From contig JAGASX010000011.1 in assembly GCA_017621525.1 (NCBI GenBank), positions 112,111 through 176,110 on the forward strand: 64,000 bases of DNA. The letters run 5' to 3'. How positions within the stretch are numbered: position 1 is the stretch's first letter; every line of letters starts with the position of its first letter. The notes beneath the pieces were generated by a model, which worked only from the letters and a program-made list of their open reading frames with translations, searched no databases and was not told the DNA's origin. This document shows, one piece after another, positions 55,758 to 64,000 of the stretch. A program made the position numbers and the translations under genes. The DNA is from Clostridia bacterium. Lineage in GTDB: Bacteria; Bacillota; Clostridia; Christensenellales; UBA1242.

Positions 55758-58352
55758 ATGAAAAAACAAAAAGTTGAAGAAAAGGTTTACCCTACACTTC
55801 TTAAAACAAAAGAACGATTGGTACGAAAATTCTCTTACGATAGGCGTTTGAGTATTCTTTTTTATGACCAAAAAGGTTTGGAGAATAATAAAGGATTTAT
55901 CGCAAGGCTTAAAGAATCTTTTAAATTGAAAAGAAAAAATAAAAATGAAGAGGAATTAAAGCCTGCTGTTGATGACAGTGTGGAAAGGTTTTTCCCTGAT
56001 AAGGATTTGGGGCTTACAAAAGCACAGGTTGAATCTCGGCAAAATTCAAACCTATATAACAACACAAAGGTTACAACCTCTAAAACATACCGCTCTATTT
56101 TCTTTAAAAACATATTCACATTTTTTAATATGTTATGGCTTATAATTGCGGTTGCACTTATTTGCGTGGGCTCTTACAAAGATTTGATTTTTATATTTGT
56201 TATTGTTGCAAATACAGCAATTGCGATTATTCAAGAAATTCGCGCCAAAATTGCGGTTGAAAAATTATCTATTGTAACAACGCCTATGGTGAAAACCATT
56301 CGCGAAGGGGCAAGGTTGGACATTCCAGCCGATAAACTTTTGCTGGACGATGTGATTGTGCTTTCAAGTGGAAATCAAACACCTTCCGATTGCATAATTT
56401 TGGAGGGCAAGGTTGAAGTGAATGAAAGTCTTTTAACCGGCGAGTCCAACGCCATTGAAAAGGGTGAAAACTCCCCTCTGCTTTCAGGAAGTTTTATCGT
56501 TTCGGGTGAGTGTTATGCACGAGTTGACAAGATTGGAAGTGATAACTATATCAACCAAATTGCAAAAAAGGCAAAAGAATTTAAAACCCCTCAATCAAAC
56601 CTTTTTAAAGATTTGAACAGGCTTATAAAATATATCGGCATTGCCCTTATTCCTATTGGAGTGCTTACTTTCTTTAAAGAATTGACAATCAACGGCTCTA
56701 CCATTCAGCAACAAATTACAAACACAAGTGGTGCGCTTACAAGCATGATACCTGCCGGAATGTTTCTGCTTGTTACAATAAGTTTGGCAATAGGTGTTGT
56801 TAAACTTGCAAAAAAGAAAACCCTTGTACGCGACCTTTACTCTATTGAAATGCTTGCAAGAACAAATGTTTTGTGTTTGGACAAAACGGGAACTATCACA
56901 GATGGTACAATGAAAGTTGTTGGTTTTGAAACTTACACAAAAAAGCGTAAAGCAAACATACAAAAATTGTTATCAAACGTGCTTCATGTGCAAAAAACAA
57001 TGAATTCAACTTCAAGTGCTATGGTGAAAGAGTTTGGACGCAATGATGAGTTGCGTGCCGTGAATGTTGCTGAGTTTTCTTCAGAACGCAAATATTCTAT
57101 AACACAACTTTCCAACAGAAAAATTTATTTCCTTGGTGCCTACACCCGCATTGGTTGTGCCATTGATGAACAGCAACAAGCGTTTATTAAAGAGGCTCAG
57201 TCAAAGGGGCATCGTATACTTGCTTTTGCAGAGCAAGAGGGAGGAAAGTTTGACAAAAAAATGTCTGGCAAAGACGCCACCCTGCTTGCGCTTATTGTGA
57301 TTGAAGAGCACATACGCGAAGATGCAATTGAAACCATACAATGGTTTAAAGACAATGGTGTGGAAGTGAAAATTATTTCTGGCGACGACCCTGCAACTGT
57401 ATCTAAAATTGCACAGCGTGTGGGGGTTAAGCATAGTGATAAATTTGTTTCACTTGAAGGTGTAAGTTTGAAAGACATTGAAAAAATGGCTGATGAATTT
57501 ACCGTTTTTGGGCGTGTAACACCTGAGCAAAAATACACAATTATTAAAACTTTGAAAAATAAAGGCAAGGTAGTTGCCATGACAGGCGACGGCGTAAATG
57601 ATACACTTGCCCTAAAAGAGGCAGATTGCTCTATTGCAATGGCTGACGGAAGTGAAGTTGCAAGAAGTATATCCAAAATTGTTCTGCTTGAAAGTAATTT
57701 TTCTTCTTTGCCATCGGTGGTTAAAGAAGGACGACAGGTTGTAAACAATGTACAAAATTCTTCATCACTTTTCCTTATGAAAACATTTTTTGCAATACTT
57801 CTTACCGTGCTTACGCTTTTCTTGCAAATGCAATATCCTTTCAACCCGAGTATGATGATGCTTCTTGAATTTTTTGTGATTGGTATGCCATCATTCTTAT
57901 TAACGTTTGAGCCAAACACAAAACCTATCACCGGAAATTTTATTCCTCAGGTTATGAAGCGGTCGCTTCCTCGTGCCTTACTTCTTCTTATAAACGTGCT
58001 GATTGTTATGATACTTTACTACACGCAATCCTTGCAGGTTATGACTGCTGAGGAGTACACCACCCTTGCAGTGCTGACAATGACATATACAGGGTTTTTA
58101 AATCTTGTGTCGCTGTGTATTCCTGCAAATCTGCTTAAAATTGGAATTATGGCGTTGTCTTGCGTAGGCATTACCCTTGCAATTGTTGTTATGCCAAAAA
58201 TGTTTCACATATTAAGTGCATCTCATGCGGTATTGTTGCCATTCTTTGCAATTATGCTTGCGTCAATACTTTTGATTGTGATTATTAAATTAAATAAAAA
58301 ACACATTGACACATTGCGAGATAAACTTATAAGTCTGCTTCAAAAGCAATAA
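55758..58352 (+). CDS. cation-translocating P-type ATPase (P2-like)
   Basis: The ORF-track TTG start lies upstream of the promoter. The first ATG is at 55758 (MKKQKVEE). Motifs are DKTGTIT (phosphorylation site), TGES, TGDGVNDTLALKEAD and IPAGMFLL in TM4. The protein is about 864 aa. Confidence 0.9.
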   Translation: MKKQKVEEKVYPTLLKTKERLVRKFSYDRRLSILFYDQKGLENNKGFIARLKESFKLKRKNKNEEELKPAVDDSVERFFPDKDLGLTKAQVESRQNSNLYNNTKVTTSKTYRSIFFKNIFTFFNMLWLIIAVALICVGSYKDLIFIFVIVANTAIAIIQEIRAKIAVEKLSIVTTPMVKTIREGARLDIPADKLLLDDVIVLSSGNQTPSDCIILEGKVEVNESLLTGESNAIEKGENSPLLSGSFIVSGECYARVDKIGSDNYINQIAKKAKEFKTPQSNLFKDLNRLIKYIGIALIPIGVLTFFKELTINGSTIQQQITNTSGALTSMIPAGMFLLVTISLAIGVVKLAKKKTLVRDLYSIEMLARTNVLCLDKTGTITDGTMKVVGFETYTKKRKANIQKLLSNVLHVQKTMNSTSSAMVKEFGRNDELRAVNVAEFSSERKYSITQLSNRKIYFLGAYTRIGCAIDEQQQAFIKEAQSKGHRILAFAEQEGGKFDKKMSGKDATLLALIVIEEHIREDAIETIQWFKDNGVEVKIISGDDPATVSKIAQRVGVKHSDKFVSLEGVSLKDIEKMADEFTVFGRVTPEQKYTIIKTLKNKGKVVAMTGDGVNDTLALKEADCSIAMADGSEVARSISKIVLLESNFSSLPSVVKEGRQVVNNVQNSSSLFLMKTFFAILLTVLTLFLQMQYPFNPSMMMLLEFFVIGMPSFLLTFEPNTKPITGNFIPQVMKRSLPRALLLLINVLIVMILYYTQSLQVMTAEEYTTLAVLTMTYTGFLNLVSLCIPANLLKIGIMALSCVGITLAIVVMPKMFHILSASHAVLLPFFAIMLASILLIVIIKLNKKHIDTLRDKLISLLQKQ

Positions 58353-58353
58353 A

Positions 58354-58383
58354 AAATCCAAGAATTATCTTGGATTTTTTTAT
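58354..58383. terminator. bidirectional intrinsic terminator
   Basis: TCCAAGA-atta-TCTTGGA hairpin flanked by an A-run and a T-run, between convergent genes. Confidence 0.7.
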
Positions 58384-59061
58384 TTAGTTTTCAGTCGCAA
58401 ATTCATAAAGAGCCGATGTGTTTGCCCTTATTGAAATTTTTGTGATTGTGTATCCTGCGCCCGCACCTTTTGTACCAAAATAGAATGTAAGGTCATTATC
58501 TTGGTTGGTTGAGTTGATTGTGAAATACACATCATCAAATACCAATTGGCAATTTGTGTTCCATTTTGAAGTATAAACCTCTCCGTTTGCCTTTTTAACA
58601 GGTCTTTCGCTTGCAAATTCAAGTTTTACATAGTTGCTTCCAAGTGCCGAAGAAAGTGTACTGCTGATACCTGTTTTTTCATTTGCTTTGGAATAGAAAT
58701 TATCAAGAGTTTCTTCAATTTCATATCCGCCAAGTTTTCCTGTAAAGAGAGCGCTTAAATATGACACATTGAATGATTGTGAATAAATTTTGTAAAATTC
58801 ATCATATTTTTCATTGGTTTCATCTATATACTTCTTTTCGCTTCCATTGATGTAAATTGTATAAGAAGTTGGGTTGCCAATAAATGCTGGTTTAAGCCCC
58901 ACTGTGATTGATGACATTACGATTATAATGGTTGCAATTGCAAGCAAAACGCTTAAAATTGTGGTGTAAATTATATTTTTTTTGCGTTTTTTCTTTTGAA
59001 GATATTCATCGCTTACAGACTGCAAAATTTTTTCATCTTGTTGCATTTCAAGTTCTTCCAT
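58384..59061 (-). CDS. bitopic membrane protein of unknown function, translationally coupled to ftsH
   Basis: 225 aa. It has an N-terminal cytoplasmic K-rich segment, one TM helix and an extracytoplasmic beta-rich domain. Its ATG overlaps the ftsH stop as TAATG. Confidence 0.6.
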   Translation of the reverse strand: MEELEMQQDEKILQSVSDEYLQKKKRKKNIIYTTILSVLLAIATIIIVMSSITVGLKPAFIGNPTSYTIYINGSEKKYIDETNEKYDEFYKIYSQSFNVSYLSALFTGKLGGYEIEETLDNFYSKANEKTGISSTLSSALGSNYVKLEFASERPVKKANGEVYTSKWNTNCQLVFDDVYFTINSTNQDNDLTFYFGTKGAGAGYTITKISIRANTSALYEFATEN

Positions 59062-61232
59062 TACTTGCCCTCCTTATCTTCTGGTGTGTTGTCTTCTGCT
59101 TTTGGAAGTTCTATGCCCTGTTTGATTGTTACGGTAACTTCTTGTTCTTCTGCCTTTTCTTGGCTTTCATTTTCAATTTGGGCAACAAGTTGGTTGTAGG
59201 TTTCTTTTATTTTTTCAAGTTCTTCGGCTGTAAGAACACCGCCCTCTACAAGTTTTTCGCCCTCGCGAATTTTATTTTCAAGAAGAAGTTTTCTTTCAAG
59301 CAAAGCCTTTTGCTGTTTAAGTTTTTCTTCCTTTTCCTTTTGCTTTTCATTTCTTTCTTTAATTGCCTCGACAATTTCTGCTGTCTTTTTGCCCTCTAAA
59401 AGCATATCAATTTCTTCTTTATTGATTGTTTCTTCTTCAAGAAGAAGGTTTGACATTTCATGCAAAAGGTCAAGATTATCGGCAAGAATTTTCTTTGCGC
59501 GTTTATAGTTGTAGTCAAGAATTTGTCTTACTTCATCATCAGCCTCGGCGGCAAGTTTTTCTGAAAAATCATTGCGTGTTTGATAGTCCCTGCCAATGAA
59601 AACTTGTTCGCTGGAATCAAGGCTAAGGAAGCCAAGGTTTTTGCTCATACCCCAATTATAAACCATATTTCTTGCAATTTTGGTTGCTTGGTTTATATCG
59701 CTTGATGCACCTGTTGTGATGTCTTTAAAGACAATTTCCTCTGCGAGGCGACCGCCCATGCAAACTGCAATTTCATCCATAAGGTAGTTGTAAGTGCGGT
59801 ATGAGTTGTCGTTGTCTGGGCGTTGCATTGTGTATCCGCCAGCCATTCCGCGTGGAATGATTGACACCTCTTGCACTTCATCTGTATTTTCAAGTTTTTT
59901 GGCAAGAATTGCGTGTCCAGCCTCGTGGTATGCTGTGATTTTTTTGTCGCGTTCTGTAACCACACGGCTTTTCTTCTTTGGCCCCATGGTAACTTTGTTT
60001 ATGCCCTCTGTAATATCTGACATAACAATTTTTGGTCTGCCCTCACGCGCTGCAAGAATTGCCGCCTCGTTGAGCATATTTTCAATATCTGCACCTGTAA
60101 ATCCAACTGTGATTTTTGCAAGTGTTTTGAAGTCTACATTTTCATCAATTGGTTTGTTTTTAGCATGAATTTTTAAAATTCCCTCTCTGCCTTTTACGTC
60201 TGGAATGTTTACATAAATTTGTCTATCAAATCTGCCCGGACGCATAAGGGCTGGGTCAAGTACATCGCTTCTGTTGGTTGCAGCAAGCACAATGATACCC
60301 TCGTTTGGTTCAAAACCGTCCATTTCAACAAGAAGTTGGTTGAGGGTTTGTTCTCTTTCATCATTACCGCCACCAAGTCCTGCACCTCTTTGTCTGCCAA
60401 CGGCGTCAATTTCATCAATGAAAACAATGCATGGTTTGTTTTTCTTGGCCTGCTCGAAAAGGTCGCGTACCCTTGAAGCACCAACGCCCACAAACATTTC
60501 AACAAAGTCAGAACCGCTGATTGTGATGAATGGCACGTTTGCCTCGCCAGCAACCGCCCTTGCAAGCAATGTTTTACCTGTACCCGGATGTCCCACAAGA
60601 AGTACGCCTTTTGGTATTCTTGCGCCAAGGTCTGTAAACTTTTTAGGTGCTTTTAAAAATTCTACAATTTCTTTAAGTTCTTCTTTTTCTTCTTCTGTGC
60701 CTGCGATGTCGGCAAATCTTACCTTGCTGGTTGTGTATGCCCTTGCTTTACTTTTGCCAAAGCCCATAGCACCCTTGGATTGAGAGCCCATAAGTCTGAA
60801 AATCATCCAAACCATGAAAAGGCCAAATGCGATGTAAAGAAGTGGGTAAACAATGCTCCACCAATCTTTGCTGTTGGCAATTTTTTGGTAGTTGATGCCT
60901 GCGGTATCAAGTTTTTCAAGCACTTTTGTAAGTATGCCGTCATTTCCCTCGTAATACAAATAGTAGTCTGCGTATTCTGGGAACGCATCTTTATATTTTG
61001 AGCCGTCAAGCAAAAAGTAAATTGTGCCGTTTTTATAACGCATTTCAACAATCTGCTCTTTCTTGCCCTCTTCGTTTGTCCTGCCGTCAATAAGTTCTTG
61101 CACTTCGGTAAGACCACCGTCTATATATTCACCCTTATAGCCTCTGTTTGTGAACACAAGCACAAACACAAGAACAATAAGCAACAAAATGGCGATATAC
61201 GAGTATTTAAATTTAGGTTTTTGTTCTTTCAC
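59061..61232 (-). CDS. ftsH: ATP-dependent zinc metalloprotease FtsH with a long E/K-rich C-terminal extension
   Basis: 723 aa. It has a GTG start after a GGAGG RBS. Walker A is [11 protein letters not shown], the zinc site is HEAGHA, and the SRH region is present. The last ~110 aa are coiled-coil-like and E/K-rich. Confidence 0.97.
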   Translation of the reverse strand: MKEQKPKFKYSYIAILLLIVLVFVLVFTNRGYKGEYIDGGLTEVQELIDGRTNEEGKKEQIVEMRYKNGTIYFLLDGSKYKDAFPEYADYYLYYEGNDGILTKVLEKLDTAGINYQKIANSKDWWSIVYPLLYIAFGLFMVWMIFRLMGSQSKGAMGFGKSKARAYTTSKVRFADIAGTEEEKEELKEIVEFLKAPKKFTDLGARIPKGVLLVGHPGTGKTLLARAVAGEANVPFITISGSDFVEMFVGVGASRVRDLFEQAKKNKPCIVFIDEIDAVGRQRGAGLGGGNDEREQTLNQLLVEMDGFEPNEGIIVLAATNRSDVLDPALMRPGRFDRQIYVNIPDVKGREGILKIHAKNKPIDENVDFKTLAKITVGFTGADIENMLNEAAILAAREGRPKIVMSDITEGINKVTMGPKKKSRVVTERDKKITAYHEAGHAILAKKLENTDEVQEVSIIPRGMAGGYTMQRPDNDNSYRTYNYLMDEIAVCMGGRLAEEIVFKDITTGASSDINQATKIARNMVYNWGMSKNLGFLSLDSSEQVFIGRDYQTRNDFSEKLAAEADDEVRQILDYNYKRAKKILADNLDLLHEMSNLLLEEETINKEEIDMLLEGKKTAEIVEAIKERNEKQKEKEEKLKQQKALLERKLLLENKIREGEKLVEGGVLTAEELEKIKETYNQLVAQIENESQEKAEEQEVTVTIKQGIELPKAEDNTPEDKEGK

Positions 61233-61347
61233 CTTTTCCTCCTTAAAAAATCTTACAAGTTATTGTATCACAAAAAAATTTTTAATACAACTTTATAAAG
61301 GGACTTTTTAAAGAAAATATTTAACTTTACCACTTTTTTTGACACAT

Positions 61348-62598
61348 TTAGTCGGCACGAATTATTAAATTGACTTTAAAAGTAACATATTGAATGAATT
61401 TTTCTGGGCTTGTTATGGAGTTGCGAAACTTTATATAGCCCTTTCTGTTGTTTCGGTAAAATTGTTCGGTAACGCCTATAACGTCGGTTTCATTTTCTTG
61501 TAGCAACCTGATTGAATTTGTAAACTGTTTTTTTATAACCTCGTCAAGTTTTTTGGAAATCTCTGGTGTGATATGGCTGGACTCGGTGCTGATTTTAAGT
61601 TTTTCATGCCGTCCGCCAACTTCCACAAGTTCCATGCCAAGCACAACATGAGCCTCGAATACCGGATAGCCATTTTCAAAGTGAGTGTTGATGTTTACAT
61701 TTTTATTTCTTACCTTGTAGGTGGCGTCAACAACAGAATCGCCAAGTGTAACCTCTTGAACGGTATAATTTTGCCTAACCGCCTTTGAATTTAAAAGATT
61801 TATGCCATTTAATTCTTCAAGGGTGAGTTTTTTGATAAATTTACCCTCTTTTACAAGAACCGCCTCACCTTGGTTGACTATGCGTTTGCCACCGCTATCT
61901 TGGTTTTCACCCGTGCCTTTACTTCCGCTTGTATCCACTTGGTCGCTTCCCGATTGTTTTGCCGGTTGTGTGTCTGCCATAGAGGGTTCTTTGCCGTCTA
62001 CAACAGTAAGATAATCTATAATTGAAGATTTGACAGGACTGTAATATCCTTTATAAAAAGATTCAAGCGATGTGTCATTTACATACATATTTTCTGCGTT
62101 ATAGCCAATAACCTGTTCAAGTTGAAGTCCAACATTGCTTTCAAGGCTGAATGATGCTTCAAGCACCTCTTTGGCTGTTTTGTCTGTGCAAACTATAACT
62201 GTGTTTTCGGGAAGTGAGGAAACACGGCTTAAATAATCTATATGGCTGGCAATATCTTCCTGCATAAGCGTCCAACTGACAATTGTTGTTTTTGCATGCG
62301 CAAGTCCAACCCGTCTACCCATTGCTGTTTGGGCATTGTAAATTGCATCTGCCATGGTTTGACCTTTCCCGGAAATTACCGAACTTACCTCTTTAAACGA
62401 TTGATTTACATTGGGAATGAATGTGAGAAGTGAAACTTCATATTCATTTTCTACCATATCAATTCCAACTGCCGTTACAACGCCTCGTCTACGGCTTTCC
62501 CCCGGCGAATAAATGGCTGACGGCGTAAAAAAAAGAAGAATAACCACAAGAACAATAAGCATAGGGTTTTTGAAATACTTTAAGAAACCTTTATTCAT
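61348..62598 (-). CDS. Ger(x)C-family spore germination protein
   Basis: 416 aa. It is third in an A-B-C operon. GVVTAVGIDMVENEYEVSLL is typical of the GerAC N-terminal domain. No Cys is present in the signal region. Confidence 0.7.
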   Translation of the reverse strand: MNKGFLKYFKNPMLIVLVVILLFFTPSAIYSPGESRRRGVVTAVGIDMVENEYEVSLLTFIPNVNQSFKEVSSVISGKGQTMADAIYNAQTAMGRRVGLAHAKTTIVSWTLMQEDIASHIDYLSRVSSLPENTVIVCTDKTAKEVLEASFSLESNVGLQLEQVIGYNAENMYVNDTSLESFYKGYYSPVKSSIIDYLTVVDGKEPSMADTQPAKQSGSDQVDTSGSKGTGENQDSGGKRIVNQGEAVLVKEGKFIKKLTLEELNGINLLNSKAVRQNYTVQEVTLGDSVVDATYKVRNKNVNINTHFENGYPVFEAHVVLGMELVEVGGRHEKLKISTESSHITPEISKKLDEVIKKQFTNSIRLLQENETDVIGVTEQFYRNNRKGYIKFRNSITSPEKFIQYVTFKVNLIIRAD

Positions 62599-63664
62599 TT
62601 TTTCTCCTTTTAAGGGAAATTATCCAAAGGATTATCGGCAAAACATAGGCAACGGCAATACCTAAAATTGGAAGAAATTGCGTGGTTGTTGATACGATAA
62701 CTTCATATTTGCCAACGAATAAGTAATACAGCAGAAAAAACGCCAAATCAAAGGTGATGATAGCCCATTTTTTGTTAAGAAGTGGAAAAACGCCCTCAAA
62801 ACTTTGGCAAAAGGCAAGGCAAAAAATTTCCATTTGAAATGTTGCAAAAGTCATAATTGTCATCATGGCGATTATATCCAATCTGCCAATTGCGTTGAAT
62901 TGAACGGAAAAAACCAAAATATCGGCAAGTGCGTTGTTATGCATAAATGCGGTGATGTTGTATTTTGCAAAAAAGATGACAAAAAGCACAACAACAATTG
63001 CCATGCCAAATATTGTGAATTTATATATTTGTTTTTCTTCGCTTTTTTTGTATTCTATTTTGTCCATTATTAAAAACAAAAGTGAAAAATCACCAAACAA
63101 GAAAATATATCTGTAAGCACCAGATATGATTTTGCCTGCCGGAACAACAAAAAATGATGGAATTGTAAGTGTTGTGAAAAATGATATAAAAAAGCAGATA
63201 AAAATACCTACAACTACGAATGAAAACAAAAGTTCCATTGTGCGTGCCGTTGGGCGAAGTCCTTTTATAACCGCATGATTCATTATTGGGAAGATGCAAA
63301 TAAGTGCCATCCAAATAAATTCATCTTGATATATTTGCCTTTTGAAATAATCGTAAACAACGCTGAAAGTGAGAAGTGCCTTAAACAGCATAAATGCCAT
63401 AAGTACAATAAAAATAGCCTTTGCAACATATTTGGTAAGATATTTTGACACTATTTCAATCAATTTTTTGTCTGGATTGTTTCTTTTAAGTTTTAAAAAT
63501 ATTGGCAAGGCGACAAAATCGAGGGCAAACAAAAATATTACCGCAATCACGCCGTCCGCACGCATATATTTAAACATTTCTGACGGCAAAAGAAGCATTT
63601 TGTTTGCCAAAATGCAAAAAAGCATCATAATTCCCGCCTGCCTCATTGAAATTGTTTGTTTCAT
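62591..63664 (-). CDS. Ger(x)B-family spore germination permease
   Basis: 357 aa with about 10 TM helices. The N-terminus, ISMRQAGIMMLFCILANKMLLLP, is typical of GerAB/APC-like subunits. It overlaps both neighbours. Confidence 0.75.
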   Translation of the reverse strand: MKQTISMRQAGIMMLFCILANKMLLLPSEMFKYMRADGVIAVIFLFALDFVALPIFLKLKRNNPDKKLIEIVSKYLTKYVAKAIFIVLMAFMLFKALLTFSVVYDYFKRQIYQDEFIWMALICIFPIMNHAVIKGLRPTARTMELLFSFVVVGIFICFFISFFTTLTIPSFFVVPAGKIISGAYRYIFLFGDFSLLFLIMDKIEYKKSEEKQIYKFTIFGMAIVVVLFVIFFAKYNITAFMHNNALADILVFSVQFNAIGRLDIIAMMTIMTFATFQMEIFCLAFCQSFEGVFPLLNKKWAIITFDLAFFLLYYLFVGKYEVIVSTTTQFLPILGIAVAYVLPIILWIISLKRRKNE

Positions 63665-64000
63665 TTAATATCCTCCTTTTCGGGAGAAAAACTTTTCGGC
63701 CGTTTTTTAACGTCCACTATGGCAGTGGAAATTATGGCGTCTTGCAAATCTCTGCCAATACGCGGGCTGTAAGGGGCAAGGTATGGAGTACCAAAACTGT
63801 CTATATCATTTAAAACATTTACAATATATATTGCACCGGCGATTATACCTGCAAGTCCCAAAGAGCCACCCAAAATTAAAAACAAAAATTGTAAAATGGT
63901 GATTTGGGAGGACTGCTCTGGTATGGTATAAAGTGCGATTTTGGCAAGGGCGACAATAAGCACGGCTGGTGGCGAAATAAGCCCTGCTTTTACCCCCGTA
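63661..64000 (-). CDS. Ger(x)A-family spore germination protein, C-terminal part (5' end outside the window)
   Basis: The frame is open to the window edge. It has C-terminal TM helices and GTPYLAPYSPRIGRDLQDAI, characteristic of GerAA. Confidence 0.75.
   Translation of the reverse strand, partial: TGVKAGLISPPAVLIVALAKIALYTIPEQSSQITILQFLFLILGGSLGLAGIIAGAIYIVNVLNDIDSFGTPYLAPYSPRIGRDLQDAIISTAIVDVKKRPKSFSPEKEDIK

Noticed and set aside
58932-59399. A 155-aa plus-strand ORF, F/L-rich.
   Set aside because: It is antisense to the E/K-rich ftsH tail, whose GAA/AAG repeats read as TTC/CTT. This is a compositional artefact.
1-64000. Possibility of a reassigned stop codon or alternative genetic code.
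   Set aside because: All long conserved genes (rpoB, rpoC, mfd, PFOR, ftsH) read through uninterrupted with the standard code. They end at ordinary stop codons followed by terminators.

Overview
This is a low-GC, Firmicutes/Clostridia-like chromosomal window. A sporulation lineage is indicated by spoIIID, a SpoIIQ-like M23 protein, a SpoVB/MurJ-like flippase and a gerA-type germinant receptor operon. Coding density is high, mostly on the minus strand, and the standard genetic code fits.

Most content is housekeeping:
- truA (partial) and pyruvate:ferredoxin oxidoreductase
- a minus-strand operon: patatin, MBL hydrolase, shikimate-kinase-like protein, tkt, an unknown protein, an alpha/beta hydrolase
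- tRNA-Glu(CUC), rpoB-rpoC, hflX, acpP
- a glmU-like gene, pth, mfd and a prsA-like gene
- cca, a P-type ATPase, ftsH

Two regions stand out.

(1) 18.8-32.8 kb, directly upstream of the rpoB promoter, holds a two-gene module. An 886-aa VirB3/VirB4-like fusion ATPase is followed by a 3,756-aa lipobox-bearing protein with three clusters of GLUG-type repeats. No other T4SS or ICE gene is visible in the window. This is my best candidate for an undescribed system, namely a minimal ATPase plus giant adhesin module, although it could be an ICE remnant.

(2) 47.7-54.4 kb is bracketed by inverted arrays of a 41-bp hairpin repeat. It contains:
- a G9 homopolymer inside the spacer of a TTGACA/CATAAT promoter for a small exported protein, which is candidate phase variation
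- an anomalously GC-rich structured intergenic element with its own intrinsic terminator

Other observations: two consensus promoters placed so close to ATG codons that the mRNAs should be leaderless, two apparent pseudo-enzymes with degenerate nucleotide-binding motifs, and an attenuator-like hairpin in the rpoB leader.

All family assignments come from reading motifs by eye; no database search was possible. Motif-level coordinates were counted by hand and may be off by 1-2 nt.
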